Below, one piece after another: positions 7,910-17,190 of a stretch of 39,983 nucleotides of DNA (the stretch's first letter is position 1; each line of letters opens with the position of its first letter). Source of the stretch: an uncultured bacterium (GTDB lineage: Bacteria; CAYJRR01); NCBI GenBank assembly GCA_964372275.1, contig CAYJRR010000026.1:1-39983 (forward strand), written 5' to 3'. The notes beneath the pieces are model-generated. The model was not told the DNA's origin. It saw nothing but the letters and a program-made list of their open reading frames with translations, and searched no databases. The position numbers and the translations under genes were made by a program.

Positions 7910-9649
7910 TTAGAACATCTGCTCGAGCGATTGGATCTCGTTCAGCAGCTTGTGCGCGGGCGCCGTGCGATCCGCCGGGAGGACGGCGTGCGCCAGCGCG
8001 GGCGGATAGCGGACCGAGTACTCCACCCGCCAGGTGCGGCTCTGCTTCGGCCCGATCTTCGCGTCCCAGTGCAGCACCCCTTCGCGGTCGGGCTTCACCT
8101 CGGGTTGGATGCGAAGGATCTCGACCTCCACGTCGGCCAGCGCGGAGACCGGGACACGCTCGGCCAGGTCGAGGGCCACCGCCTCCTCGGAGAGGTTCTC
8201 GGCGGAGATCAGCCACGAGACGGTGAGTCGCGTTCGCTTGCCGCTGCGCTCGACGGAGCTCCGCTTGCGGTCGACGGTGCGCGCCAGCTTCACGCGGTCG
8301 GCGACCCCCGCGAAGACCTGGAACGCTTCCCCCTGCGAGACGAAGGGAAGCTCGCTGTTCCCGAGGAACGCGCCGTCGAGGAACAACGAGACCTTCCCCG
8401 GGAGCAGGGGGCGCGGCCCGGCGTTGACGAGGTCGAGCGTGCGCGCGGCGTTCAGCGACAGCTCGGGGGCGGCGACCAGGCGCTGCGCGGCCGCAAGATC
8501 GACCGCGCCGATCGGAAGCCGCACGGATTTCCCGTCGGCCCGGACGGTGCGCGACCCGGGCACGTGGAAGTGCGCGGTCGTCCCGCGCTCGCGCACCGAT
8601 TCGAAGGCGCGCTCGACGCGGCGCTGGGTCTCCTCCAGGACGGAGAGACTGGCCGCGATCTCCGGTCGGGCCTTGCCGATCGCCTGGTTCTGGCTCGAGT
8701 AGGACGACAGGGCGCGCTGGAAGCTCGCGCCGGCCCGGGCCGCCAAGCCGGCGAGCACCGGCCCGCCGCCGAACGTCAGCGCCTCCAGCTGGGGGACGCG
8801 GAGGGTGTCGCTCGGACGCTGCGTCGACAGCGAGATCTTCGCCCCCTCCCAGTCCTCGCCGGTGTTCTGGGTGACGAGCGCAAACTGCGCGATCCCCACC
8901 GTCGAGTTGCCGCCCGACGCGCGTAGCTCGGTCAACGGTTCCCAGGTCGCTCCCGGCGTGAGGTAGGTCAGGGAGAGCGATGCGCGCCGTGAATCGCCGT
9001 CGGCGGCGATCTCCACCACCACCGACCGCTCCTCGAGCTGCGCGCTCGCCTGCACGTCGGCGAGCCTCTTCGACCGGGCGGCGAGCTCGGGTTGGAGCGC
9101 CTGCCGCTTGCGCTCGACCTCGCGGCGGGCGGCGGCGATCCGCCGCAGGCGCGCCCCCACGAAGTCGAGCGTCTCGGCGAAGGTCGCGGTCTTCACGTCC
9201 CGGACCGCCATCTCCTTGGGGAGCTTGTCGAGCGAGAAGGCGCGGATCGCCTCGACCTGCGCCGCTTCGGCGTCGAGCACCTTCGCCTCGTCGTTCAACG
9301 CGGCGATCTCGCCGGCCACCTCGCGCACCGCCGCCTCGGCCTTCGCGACCTCCGCCTCCGGGGACCGCGCCAGGAACGACCGGACGACCTGCACGTCGAG
9401 GATCCGGCCGGCCTCCGGGGGAACGACCGCCACCCGCACCGACTCCTCGTCGATCCAGCCGGGCAGGTTGGCGAAGACGTATCGCTCCCCGTCGCGCGGA
9501 ACGTCGACGGAGGCCGTGCGCGTGACCTGCGCCCGATCGGCGTAGAGCGTGACTTCGGTGACCTTCGAGACCAACGTCCGCTCGTTCGACGCGGCCGCCG
9601 CCGACACCCCACCCAGGGCCGCGAGCGCGGCCAGGACCGTCCGTTTCAT
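7910..9649 (-). CDS. DUF4140/DUF4139 domain protein (mucoidy inhibitor MuiA-like), exported
   Basis: Signal-like MKRTVLAALAALGGVSAAAA, VTEVTLYADRAQVTR, coiled coil, LTYLTPGATWEP, QNTGEDW, LSTQRP, LLPGKVSLFLDGAFLG, ERVPVS, GVLHW. GAAGGGGG precedes ATG 9649. Confidence 0.9.
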   Translation of the reverse strand: MKRTVLAALAALGGVSAAAASNERTLVSKVTEVTLYADRAQVTRTASVDVPRDGERYVFANLPGWIDEESVRVAVVPPEAGRILDVQVVRSFLARSPEAEVAKAEAAVREVAGEIAALNDEAKVLDAEAAQVEAIRAFSLDKLPKEMAVRDVKTATFAETLDFVGARLRRIAAARREVERKRQALQPELAARSKRLADVQASAQLEERSVVVEIAADGDSRRASLSLTYLTPGATWEPLTELRASGGNSTVGIAQFALVTQNTGEDWEGAKISLSTQRPSDTLRVPQLEALTFGGGPVLAGLAARAGASFQRALSSYSSQNQAIGKARPEIAASLSVLEETQRRVERAFESVRERGTTAHFHVPGSRTVRADGKSVRLPIGAVDLAAAQRLVAAPELSLNAARTLDLVNAGPRPLLPGKVSLFLDGAFLGNSELPFVSQGEAFQVFAGVADRVKLARTVDRKRSSVERSGKRTRLTVSWLISAENLSEEAVALDLAERVPVSALADVEVEILRIQPEVKPDREGVLHWDAKIGPKQSRTWRVEYSVRYPPALAHAVLPADRTAPAHKLLNEIQSLEQMF

Positions 9650-9738
9650 CCGGAATCCCCCTTCGTCCTCGGTTGGAACCCGCGACAGGCGGATTCCTTC
9701 CGAGGCCGCGTTGGACGTCGGCGCGGTCGACGGCATTC

Positions 9739-9837
9739 GATCCGGTCCGCGCCGCCCGCGACGTCGGCGTAGCTCCAGACCCTTTCCCAGACCGGGGCGC
9801 TGAACGCCTCGACCCGCTCGTCGCGCAGGCTCCGATG
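9739..9837 (-). pseudogene. Decayed duplicate of the alpha-2-macroglobulin gene 3' end
   Basis: 9757-9829 matches 11105-11177 at 68/73 nt, ungapped. It translates as SLRDERVEAFSAPVWERVWSYADVA versus NLRDERAEAFSALVWEGVWSYAYVA in the intact gene. Confidence 0.85.
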
Positions 9838-9892
9838 ACGGAGGGAGTCCCGGATGCGCAAGCGCCTGGATCCTCCGCCCGGGTAACGAGGG

Positions 9893-10846
9893 CTATAGCG
9901 GCCAGAGCAGGTGTTGCACGTCGAGCAGTGTCGCCGCTCGATCCTGCCAGCCGTCGATCCGTATCTGACGGTTCGGTTCGCTGTACCGGTGCAGGAGGAA
10001 CAGGACCATCAACCGCCGACTCAAGGACGGATCGATCTCCACGTCCGAGAGCCCATAACCCCGAAGCAGACTCCGAACCCGGCGGGGCATGCCTCCGGCC
10101 ATGAACGTGCTCGGACCAAGCAGGTCGTACTCACCCCACCCCGTCATGACGTCACCGAAATCGAACAGGCCCGAGAGTCGCCACCCATCGGCATCGCGTC
10201 TCAAGAGAAAGTTCTCGGGGATGTACTCCCCCGTGAGAATCACCGGATCGACCTTCGTCGGAACGAGGGTCCCGGCATCCTGCAGATACTCTTCCAGGCC
10301 TTCTAAGTACCGCTCCGACAAGCCAAGGCGCAGATGCCGGGCACGACAACCTTCGATCTGTTCTCTGATGAAGCGATCCCATCGCGGCTCGAGTTGCAAC
10401 AGCTCTCCGGGAGGAATCCGCTGCACCTCGGCGATCACCCCGCCGACTTGTCGGAGAACCCGCTCTTTCTCCTCCTCTGCCAGCGTCGGCCAGACCTCGT
10501 CTCCCATCCAACCCTCGAGCCGAGTGATCACCAGGTACGGCCACCCATCCCGTTCCCCTTGCAACACGATCTCCGGAGTAGGGACGGCAAGCCGGCCTTG
10601 GAGCAGCCGAAGGGACGCCCGCTCCGATTCGAACTGATGCCGGAGCATCGGAGGAAAGATCTTGAGGATGAGCCTTTCATCGAGCGCGGCGACCAGATTG
10701 GAGCCGTTCGGAAAGACGTGCAGATCGACATGGGGTAGCGAATGCGACCTCGCAATGTCGATCGCCGCGGAACGCCACAACGCCGGAGCGGTGCGAAAAG
10801 CCTCGTAGTGATCGAGGCTCATGGGTCCGGGAAGGGCAAGGGACAT
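9893..10846 (-). CDS. Aminoglycoside phosphotransferase/choline kinase (APH) superfamily protein
   Basis: GSNLV..LILKIFPP, E-helix (FESERASL), GWPYLVITRLEG, LTGEYIPENFLL (Brenner-motif position), GLFDFGD. Visibly lower GC than its neighbours. Start is ATG 10846 or GTG 10876. Confidence 0.85.
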   Translation of the reverse strand: MSLALPGPMSLDHYEAFRTAPALWRSAAIDIARSHSLPHVDLHVFPNGSNLVAALDERLILKIFPPMLRHQFESERASLRLLQGRLAVPTPEIVLQGERDGWPYLVITRLEGWMGDEVWPTLAEEEKERVLRQVGGVIAEVQRIPPGELLQLEPRWDRFIREQIEGCRARHLRLGLSERYLEGLEEYLQDAGTLVPTKVDPVILTGEYIPENFLLRRDADGWRLSGLFDFGDVMTGWGEYDLLGPSTFMAGGMPRRVRSLLRGYGLSDVEIDPSLSRRLMVLFLLHRYSEPNRQIRIDGWQDRAATLLDVQHLLWPL

Positions 10847-10996
10847 CGGCGCTACGTAGCACGGTGATGCGTTCACATGAACCCTGGATGACGCCGTTCA
10901 CGTGTCCTGCCCGTGCAGCTGCCCCGACTTCTCGCAGCTCCGCCCTATTCCCGCGGCCGCAGGAACGACATCGGACTCGAACGTGAGGCCGGCCAG

Positions 10997-13900
10997 CTAC
11001 TCCACGATCATCCGGTCCCCGGCGCCGCGGCCGAAGGTCTCGGGTGCGTACATCTCCTCCGCCTTCGGCGGCGGGACGACGAACGTGCCCGGCGTCGTGG
11101 CGCGCGCGACGTAGGCGTAGCTCCAGACCCCTTCCCAGACCAGGGCGCTGAACGCTTCGGCCCGCTCGTCGCGCAGGTTCTGGTGGTCGTACCAGGGGCG
11201 GAGCCAGATCCACCAATGGCCGCCGTGCCGGTCGCCGAATCCCGGCCCGCCGATCGTGGCGACCGTCGGATCCGGTCCGGGCGGGAGGGCCCCGGTGGTC
11301 GCGAGAGCCGGGTTGAGCGCCTCGAGGCCGGCCGGAAGCGGATCGACCAGCGCCACGTGGTAGCGGCGCGACGGCGCGACCATCGTCAGTTTCACGCGCA
11401 CGCGGCGGCCGGCCTTCACGCGCCAGGTTCCGTCGGCATCGCGCCGCACGTCGTCCGGATCGTCGACCCCTTCGTAGACGCGTTCGACGGTGAAGCCGGC
11501 GTCGTACGGTTTCGGCGTGAGGTCGTCCGGCGCGTAGCGGAGGCCGACGCGGTAGTAGAGCCGCCCGGCCCCCTCCTTGGCGACGATCAGGTCGGTGGTC
11601 CCGCGTTCCGGAAGCGCGGCCAACGGGATCTCGACGTGGTGCCGCTCCGTGGTGCGCCCCTTGAAGGCGTGCTCGCCGGCGTACCGCTCCCCCAGCCACG
11701 CGCGGGCCACGAAGTCCGGCGTCGCCTTCTCGAAAGCCTGGAAATACCGGTCGAGGGCCAACAGGACGAAGACGTTCTCCTGCGTGTTCCCCCAGCGCCC
11801 CGCCTTGCGGTGCGCGAGGAGACCGGAGACGAGCTTGGGGATCAGGTCGCTCCTGGGATCGGCGCCGATCAAGCCGTCCAGCACCAGCGCGTCGGCGCGG
11901 CGGTCGGAGTGGAGGAGGAGGTGCGCACCGTCGCCGTAGGAGACGGCGAAGTGCGCGTTTCCCGCCGTCTCGACGACGCGGTTTCCGAGGTGGCGCAGGA
12001 TGGCGTCGGTCTCCTTGCGGGATCCCGGGTCGCGGTGCAGGACGGGGAGGATCCACGCCAGCCCCTCGAGGGGCGTCTTCTCCGCGCCGCCGGATTCGCG
12101 CAGCAGCGCGCGGGCCCGCCCCGGGTCGGCATCGCCGTAGAGACTTCGCACGGACAGGGCGTAGGCGATCAGCGCGCGACGGCTCTCGATACCGTAGTGG
12201 GAGGGGATCCGCTGCTCGATCGACCGGAGATATCCGAGCGCGCGCGTCCGCGCCGGCTCCGGGACGGCGAACCCCTTCTCCTGCGCGCGCGCGAAGGCGT
12301 GCGCGACGTGGATCGAGAGGTAGGGCCACGAATCGTCCCCGCGGCGCCAGAAGGCGAATCCGCCGTCGTCGTTCTGCAGCCGCACGAGCCGCTCCAGGTC
12401 GCGCTCGACGGCGGCGACGATCTCCGCCGGTTCCGGCAGTCCTTCCGCTTCGAACGCCGCGAGCACATCGCGCAGCGCGGCGATCGACAGGACGCGCGAC
12501 GCGAGCTGCTCCGAGCACTCGAAGGGATAGGAGACGAGGTAGAGGACGGCGTCGGTCAGCGCCTGCAACGCCGTCGACGAGGTGGTGACCTCGAGGCCCC
12601 CGAACCCCTTCACGCTCCCGGCCGGTGCGACGACCGGCTGGGTCACCGCCCCGGCCTCGTCGAGCGTCCCGTAGGTCGCGAACCCCTCCGTGGTCGCCGG
12701 CGTCCAGACCGGCCACTTCACTTCGGCCGCGTCGGCGGCGCCCTTGCGGGCGGCTCCGTCGCGGGAGCCGGATCCGCTCGCGGCGGCGGCCACCTGGAGG
12801 TGGACGCGTCCGGCCCGATCCGCGGCGGCCGGGAAGCGGACCTCCGCGCGGTCGTTGGCCGGAACCGTCACGCGGCGCCCCGCCCCCGCGGTGATGCGCA
12901 GGTTCGACGCCCTCACCGCCACGTCGACCTCGAGCGGGGCGTCGGTCTGGTTCTGCACCACGACCGGCAACTCGAACCGGTCGCCGAAGTTCGAAAAACG
13001 CGGCGGGGAGGGCCGCACCATCAACGGCAGGCGGGCGGTGATCGCCGACTCCCCCTTGCCGAACTCGTTGCGGCGCGCGGCGGCGACCGCCATCACCCGG
13101 TAGCGGGTGAGGTTGTCGGGAAGCTTCACCGCCACGTCGACCCGACCGCGGCTGTCCGTCGGGAGAGCGGCGGCGAAGAAGGCGAGCGCCGAGAAGTCGG
13201 TGCGCATCCGGATCGCAGGCTGCGGCCCGCCCGGCTCCGGTGCCGCCATCGGCGCCCCGGCGAACGACTCCTGCAGCACCACACCGTCGAACTCCATCTC
13301 GGCATCGGCAACCGCTCGCGTCTTCGCCCTCGCGCCACCGGGGACCCGGTTCAGGCGAGGCTCCGGCGAGAGCAGGACGTCGTCGGGACGGGCGAGGAGG
13401 ATCGATTCGCGAAGGTGGTGATCGTCGACGCCGGGATCGCGCTCCCGATAGAGGGTGGCGATCGGATCGGGGGTGCGATAGCCGCTGAGCGAGAGCACCG
13501 CTTCGTCGACGACGACCAGCGCCACCTCGCTGCCGGCGACCGGACGGCCGGCGGCGTCGGTCACCACGACCTCGACCTCCGTCTCGCCCCCGGGCTCGAG
13601 CTTCCGGTCGCGCGGGGTCACCTCCAGCGACAACGTTCGCACGCGCGCCGGGATCGGAAGGGAGAGCGAACCGCCCGCGAAGGCCGGACGTTCGGGAAGC
13701 GTCGGATCGACCTCCCCGTCGTCGTTGGTCCGCGGCGCGCTGCCGACCACGTCGACCTGCACGTGGACGTTGGGAGTGAAGCCCTCCTCGATCGGGATCT
13801 TCACCGTGTGCGAGACCCCTTTCATCGCGAAGCGCTCGGCGCGGACGATCCCGGAACGGCGGAGCGTCATCACCGCCTCGCCCCCCTCCCAGGGGGCGAG

Positions 13901-16900
13901 CACCAGCACCTCGGCCGTCTCTCCGGCGCGGTACTCCCTCTTGTCCGGGATCAGCGTCACCGTCTCGCGCTCCACCGTCCGCCGCGGCGGCGCCTTACCG
14001 CCGGCGACCCAGACCGAATGGCGGCTGCGATTCGGCCGCCCCTCGGCGTCGGCGACGAGCGCCGTGATCCGGTGCAGGCCACCCTCTTTCGGCTTCACCG
14101 CGCACGCCACCGGCTGCGTGCCCGACCGAAGGGAGCAGTTCTGCGGATCGCGCGCGACCTGGCGCCACTCCCCTTCGATCGGCTCCCAGTCCATCCGCTC
14201 GACGACGATCGCGATCTCCCGCTCGCCGATCGCCTTCCCGTCGAGGTCGGTGACGATCGCCTCGATCGCGATCGGCGCACCGGCCTGCACGAAGGTGCGC
14301 GCCGTCCGGAGACCGACGTAGAGCTCGGCGGGGTGGACGAGCCAGCTCGCCGACGCGCTCCAGGCCTGTCGATTGACGTCGAGGACGGTCGCCTCCGCCG
14401 TCACCTGCGTCGGTTGCGGCGGCCGGACCGCCGGGACGTCGACGCGCAGGTGGTGGGCGCCATCGCCCCCCGTCTTCGCTTCGTAGGTCTCGACCTCCAC
14501 CTCGCCGCCGTCGCCGTGCGACTCCCACCACGGAACGAACGTCCCGAAGGTCCAGCCGTCGCGGTTCGGGGGGACGAACGTCGCGCGCCTCGCCGTCACC
14601 CGCCAGCTCGTCTCGGCGCCGGCGAGCGCGCCGCCCGCGTAATAGGTGGCGCGGACGCTCGCGGTCGCGTGCCCGCCGACGAAATGCGGGCCCTCCGATG
14701 CCTCGGCGGCCACCTCGAACTCGGGACGGCGGAACTCCTGCACCTCGATCGGATGGTGGTGCTCGTGATCGCCGAAGGCGCTCGGGCCTTCGATCTCGAG
14801 GTCGGCCGTGCCGAGGTTCATCGTCGGCGGCAGCTTCAGCGTCAGGTCGAAACCGCCGGCCGGTCCGATCCACTGCGTCCCCTTGTCGATCTCGTTCCCC
14901 TGCGAATCGACGAGGCGGTAGCCCACTCCGGTCCGCGCCGACCGGTCGTCCAGCAACGGCACGACGTCGCCCTGCGGCCCGAGACCGACGCGGCGGACCC
15001 ATCCCTTCACCCGGACCTCTTCGCCGGGGCGGTACATCCCCCGGTCGTCGAAGACCACGAATCGAAGCGCGTCCGGCCGCTCGGCGCGCTGCCAGCCGCC
15101 GCTCCCCCACCACTGGACCTGACGGGGCAGGATCGCGACGTCCCCTCCGCGCCGCGCCACGAGCACCGGCGCCTCGAGCATCGTCAGCGGCACGGTGGCG
15201 AGTCCGCCGGCGTCGGTGGTGCGCGTCTCGGGTCCGAGCGAGAGCTCGACACCGGCCAACGCCGATCCGTCCGTCAGGTTCGTGACAAATGCCAGGAGCT
15301 GCGTGGCATCGGAGAAGGCGTCAAGGCCGATCCGGGTCCGCTGCACCCAGGCGATGAACCGCTGCCGGTCCTTCTTCCGGACCGCCGGCTCGATCACCAC
15401 CACCGCGTGGCCGAGGTCGCCCGGAAAGGCCGCGGCCAGGTCGACGCGCGTCTCCGTCAGCTCGTCCTCCTCGCCGGCGACGTCGACGGACCTCTCGAGC
15501 AGCTTCCGGCCGGGGGGCTGCGCCTTCGCGTCCTCGCGGAAGAAGTCGCTCAAGTAGGCGCGGAACGACGGCCAATCGGCGGGCGTCACCGCCCAGGCGC
15601 CGATGCGCAGCGACCGGTGGTTCACGCTGAAGACGGAGAGCGTCGGTTCGGCCGACGGATCGAGCACGACGAACGGGCCGCCCGGCACGCTCATCTGCGG
15701 CTCGGCCTTTCCCACCTTGAAGGTGAAAGCGGCGTCCCGGCCGAGCGTTTGCCCGAAGGTGTCCGGAAGGTCGGCCGAGAGCGTGACACGGTAGGCGGTC
15801 CGACCCTTCGTCCGGCCCGCGACCGAGAGCCACGTGCCGTTCGCCGACACCTTCATCCCGGGGATCGGCGGTTCGGCGGTCACCATCTCCTTGCGGAACC
15901 GCTTCGCGTCGATCGGATTGGCGAGCTCGAACTGGAACGGCGTGTGCGGGCGGCAGTCGTTGCGCCAACCGCAGCGGTGCGAGACGACCTCCATCGGTCC
16001 GAAGGTCCGGAAGGAGTACTCCTGGACCTTCTCCGTGCGGCGCTCCCCTTCCGCCGACGGCGCACCGGGAACGATCTCGACGCGGACCTCGGCGCCGGCC
16101 GGAAGCGGCTCCTCCGTCCGCACCGCGATCCAGCGACCGTCCGCCGTTTCGCGGGACCTGCGCAGCGCATCGGGGTCGGCGTCGACCTCCTCGCGGGTGG
16201 CGAGGCGAAGCTTCGCGCCGCGGATCCGGATCCACGGAAGGACGGTCGCCGGATCGATCGTCTGGTCGAAGGCGAGGACGATCGTCGGCTGACGCGTGCT
16301 CGGCCCGCCGACCGGGTGGGAGGCGACGAGCGTCGGCGGCGGCGTGCGGAAGGAGAACGACGCCGCCGCGGCGAGCGTCCCGCCGGCCGCCGAGCGCGCG
16401 CCGGCCGGAACCTCGACACGGTACGCCGTCGCCATCGGGAACCGCCCGCCGTCCGGCTCGAACAGGAGGGTCCGGGTGCCGATCCAGCGCCATCGCCCCG
16501 GCACCGGCGGATGCAGTCGCACGGGGACCTCGGCCGTGGCGAGCGCGTCGACCGACGCGAGGGCGACCATCGGCTGCGAGAAGGTGATCGAGAGCGACGG
16601 CGCGAGAGGGACGTCGCCGTCCGGCTGGTGACGAAGGACCTCGACTTGAGGTGCGGGGAGATCCCCGGGGGAGCCCGACGGGCGAAACGATCCGGCGGCG
16701 CCGACCGCCTCCGACGGCGGAAACACGGTCTTCGCCGCGGCCGCTCCGGGACGCGGAGGGGGAAGGGAGCGATCCCGGAGGGCGAACGGCGCCGTCTCGG
16801 GCTCGCGTGGCAACGGGGGAAGGCGTGCGAGGACGGCGTCGGTGTCGGAGTCGCTCAGCCTCGAGGCCCGGGCCGGCGCGGCGAGATCGGCCTTCGGCGC

Positions 16901-17068
16901 GTCGGGGACCCCTTCGCCCAGCCGCAGGACCACGTCGGTCGATGCGTCGTCGAGCATCAGACTCTCCCCTCCGGAATCGGGCGCCGGGGCGTGCCCCGCG
17001 GTCCCCGGCCGTGCCGACGGGGAGCAGGAGGCGGCGAGGAGCGCGAGCACGCACCAGACCCGACGCAT
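10997..17068 (-). CDS. Bacterial alpha-2-macroglobulin family lipoprotein with N-terminal Ig-like (Big_5-type) repeats
   Basis: Lipobox MRRVWCVLALLAAS-C, ITFSQPM Ig repeats, DRGMYRPGE, VQEFRRPEFEV, AVVDEAVL, LPDNLTRYRVMA, thioester motif YPFECSEQ (CSEQ at 12506-12517), QNDDGGF, WGNTQE, DPLPAGLE, AEEMYAPE. Confidence 0.95.
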   Translation of the reverse strand: MRRVWCVLALLAASCSPSARPGTAGHAPAPDSGGESLMLDDASTDVVLRLGEGVPDAPKADLAAPARASRLSDSDTDAVLARLPPLPREPETAPFALRDRSLPPPRPGAAAAKTVFPPSEAVGAAGSFRPSGSPGDLPAPQVEVLRHQPDGDVPLAPSLSITFSQPMVALASVDALATAEVPVRLHPPVPGRWRWIGTRTLLFEPDGGRFPMATAYRVEVPAGARSAAGGTLAAAASFSFRTPPPTLVASHPVGGPSTRQPTIVLAFDQTIDPATVLPWIRIRGAKLRLATREEVDADPDALRRSRETADGRWIAVRTEEPLPAGAEVRVEIVPGAPSAEGERRTEKVQEYSFRTFGPMEVVSHRCGWRNDCRPHTPFQFELANPIDAKRFRKEMVTAEPPIPGMKVSANGTWLSVAGRTKGRTAYRVTLSADLPDTFGQTLGRDAAFTFKVGKAEPQMSVPGGPFVVLDPSAEPTLSVFSVNHRSLRIGAWAVTPADWPSFRAYLSDFFREDAKAQPPGRKLLERSVDVAGEEDELTETRVDLAAAFPGDLGHAVVVIEPAVRKKDRQRFIAWVQRTRIGLDAFSDATQLLAFVTNLTDGSALAGVELSLGPETRTTDAGGLATVPLTMLEAPVLVARRGGDVAILPRQVQWWGSGGWQRAERPDALRFVVFDDRGMYRPGEEVRVKGWVRRVGLGPQGDVVPLLDDRSARTGVGYRLVDSQGNEIDKGTQWIGPAGGFDLTLKLPPTMNLGTADLEIEGPSAFGDHEHHHPIEVQEFRRPEFEVAAEASEGPHFVGGHATASVRATYYAGGALAGAETSWRVTARRATFVPPNRDGWTFGTFVPWWESHGDGGEVEVETYEAKTGGDGAHHLRVDVPAVRPPQPTQVTAEATVLDVNRQAWSASASWLVHPAELYVGLRTARTFVQAGAPIAIEAIVTDLDGKAIGEREIAIVVERMDWEPIEGEWRQVARDPQNCSLRSGTQPVACAVKPKEGGLHRITALVADAEGRPNRSRHSVWVAGGKAPPRRTVERETVTLIPDKREYRAGETAEVLVLAPWEGGEAVMTLRRSGIVRAERFAMKGVSHTVKIPIEEGFTPNVHVQVDVVGSAPRTNDDGEVDPTLPERPAFAGGSLSLPIPARVRTLSLEVTPRDRKLEPGGETEVEVVVTDAAGRPVAGSEVALVVVDEAVLSLSGYRTPDPIATLYRERDPGVDDHHLRESILLARPDDVLLSPEPRLNRVPGGARAKTRAVADAEMEFDGVVLQESFAGAPMAAPEPGGPQPAIRMRTDFSALAFFAAALPTDSRGRVDVAVKLPDNLTRYRVMAVAAARRNEFGKGESAITARLPLMVRPSPPRFSNFGDRFELPVVVQNQTDAPLEVDVAVRASNLRITAGAGRRVTVPANDRAEVRFPAAADRAGRVHLQVAAAASGSGSRDGAARKGAADAAEVKWPVWTPATTEGFATYGTLDEAGAVTQPVVAPAGSVKGFGGLEVTTSSTALQALTDAVLYLVSYPFECSEQLASRVLSIAALRDVLAAFEAEGLPEPAEIVAAVERDLERLVRLQNDDGGFAFWRRGDDSWPYLSIHVAHAFARAQEKGFAVPEPARTRALGYLRSIEQRIPSHYGIESRRALIAYALSVRSLYGDADPGRARALLRESGGAEKTPLEGLAWILPVLHRDPGSRKETDAILRHLGNRVVETAGNAHFAVSYGDGAHLLLHSDRRADALVLDGLIGADPRSDLIPKLVSGLLAHRKAGRWGNTQENVFVLLALDRYFQAFEKATPDFVARAWLGERYAGEHAFKGRTTERHHVEIPLAALPERGTTDLIVAKEGAGRLYYRVGLRYAPDDLTPKPYDAGFTVERVYEGVDDPDDVRRDADGTWRVKAGRRVRVKLTMVAPSRRYHVALVDPLPAGLEALNPALATTGALPPGPDPTVATIGGPGFGDRHGGHWWIWLRPWYDHQNLRDERAEAFSALVWEGVWSYAYVARATTPGTFVVPPPKAEEMYAPETFGRGAGDRMIVE

Positions 17069-17190
17069 GGCGGAGGAGCGTAACACCGCCCACTCCAGAC
17101 ACCGGCTCCGCCCGGCCGGTTCCCTCCCGGCCGTCCCACGCGAGCGCAACGCTTGATCTGCACGGACGGGAGGGCGTATGACGCCCGCCG

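Noticed and set aside
9893-10846. Calling the APH-like gene a bona fide aminoglycoside resistance gene
   Set aside because: Only fold-level similarity is visible and the catalytic Asp position is Glu, so the substrate cannot be inferred.
9757-11185. A2M 3' duplicate as a DGR template/variable repeat pair
   Set aside because: Mismatches (plus strand, remnant/gene: C/A, T/C, G/A, C/T, A/G, C/T, C/T, A/G) are not confined to adenines of one copy on either strand, and there is no reverse transcriptase in the window.
10913-17083. 2056-aa plus-strand ORF
   Set aside because: Antisense shadow of the A2M gene. It is Arg/Gly/Pro-rich with no motifs, and stop-free antisense frames are expected at this GC and codon bias.
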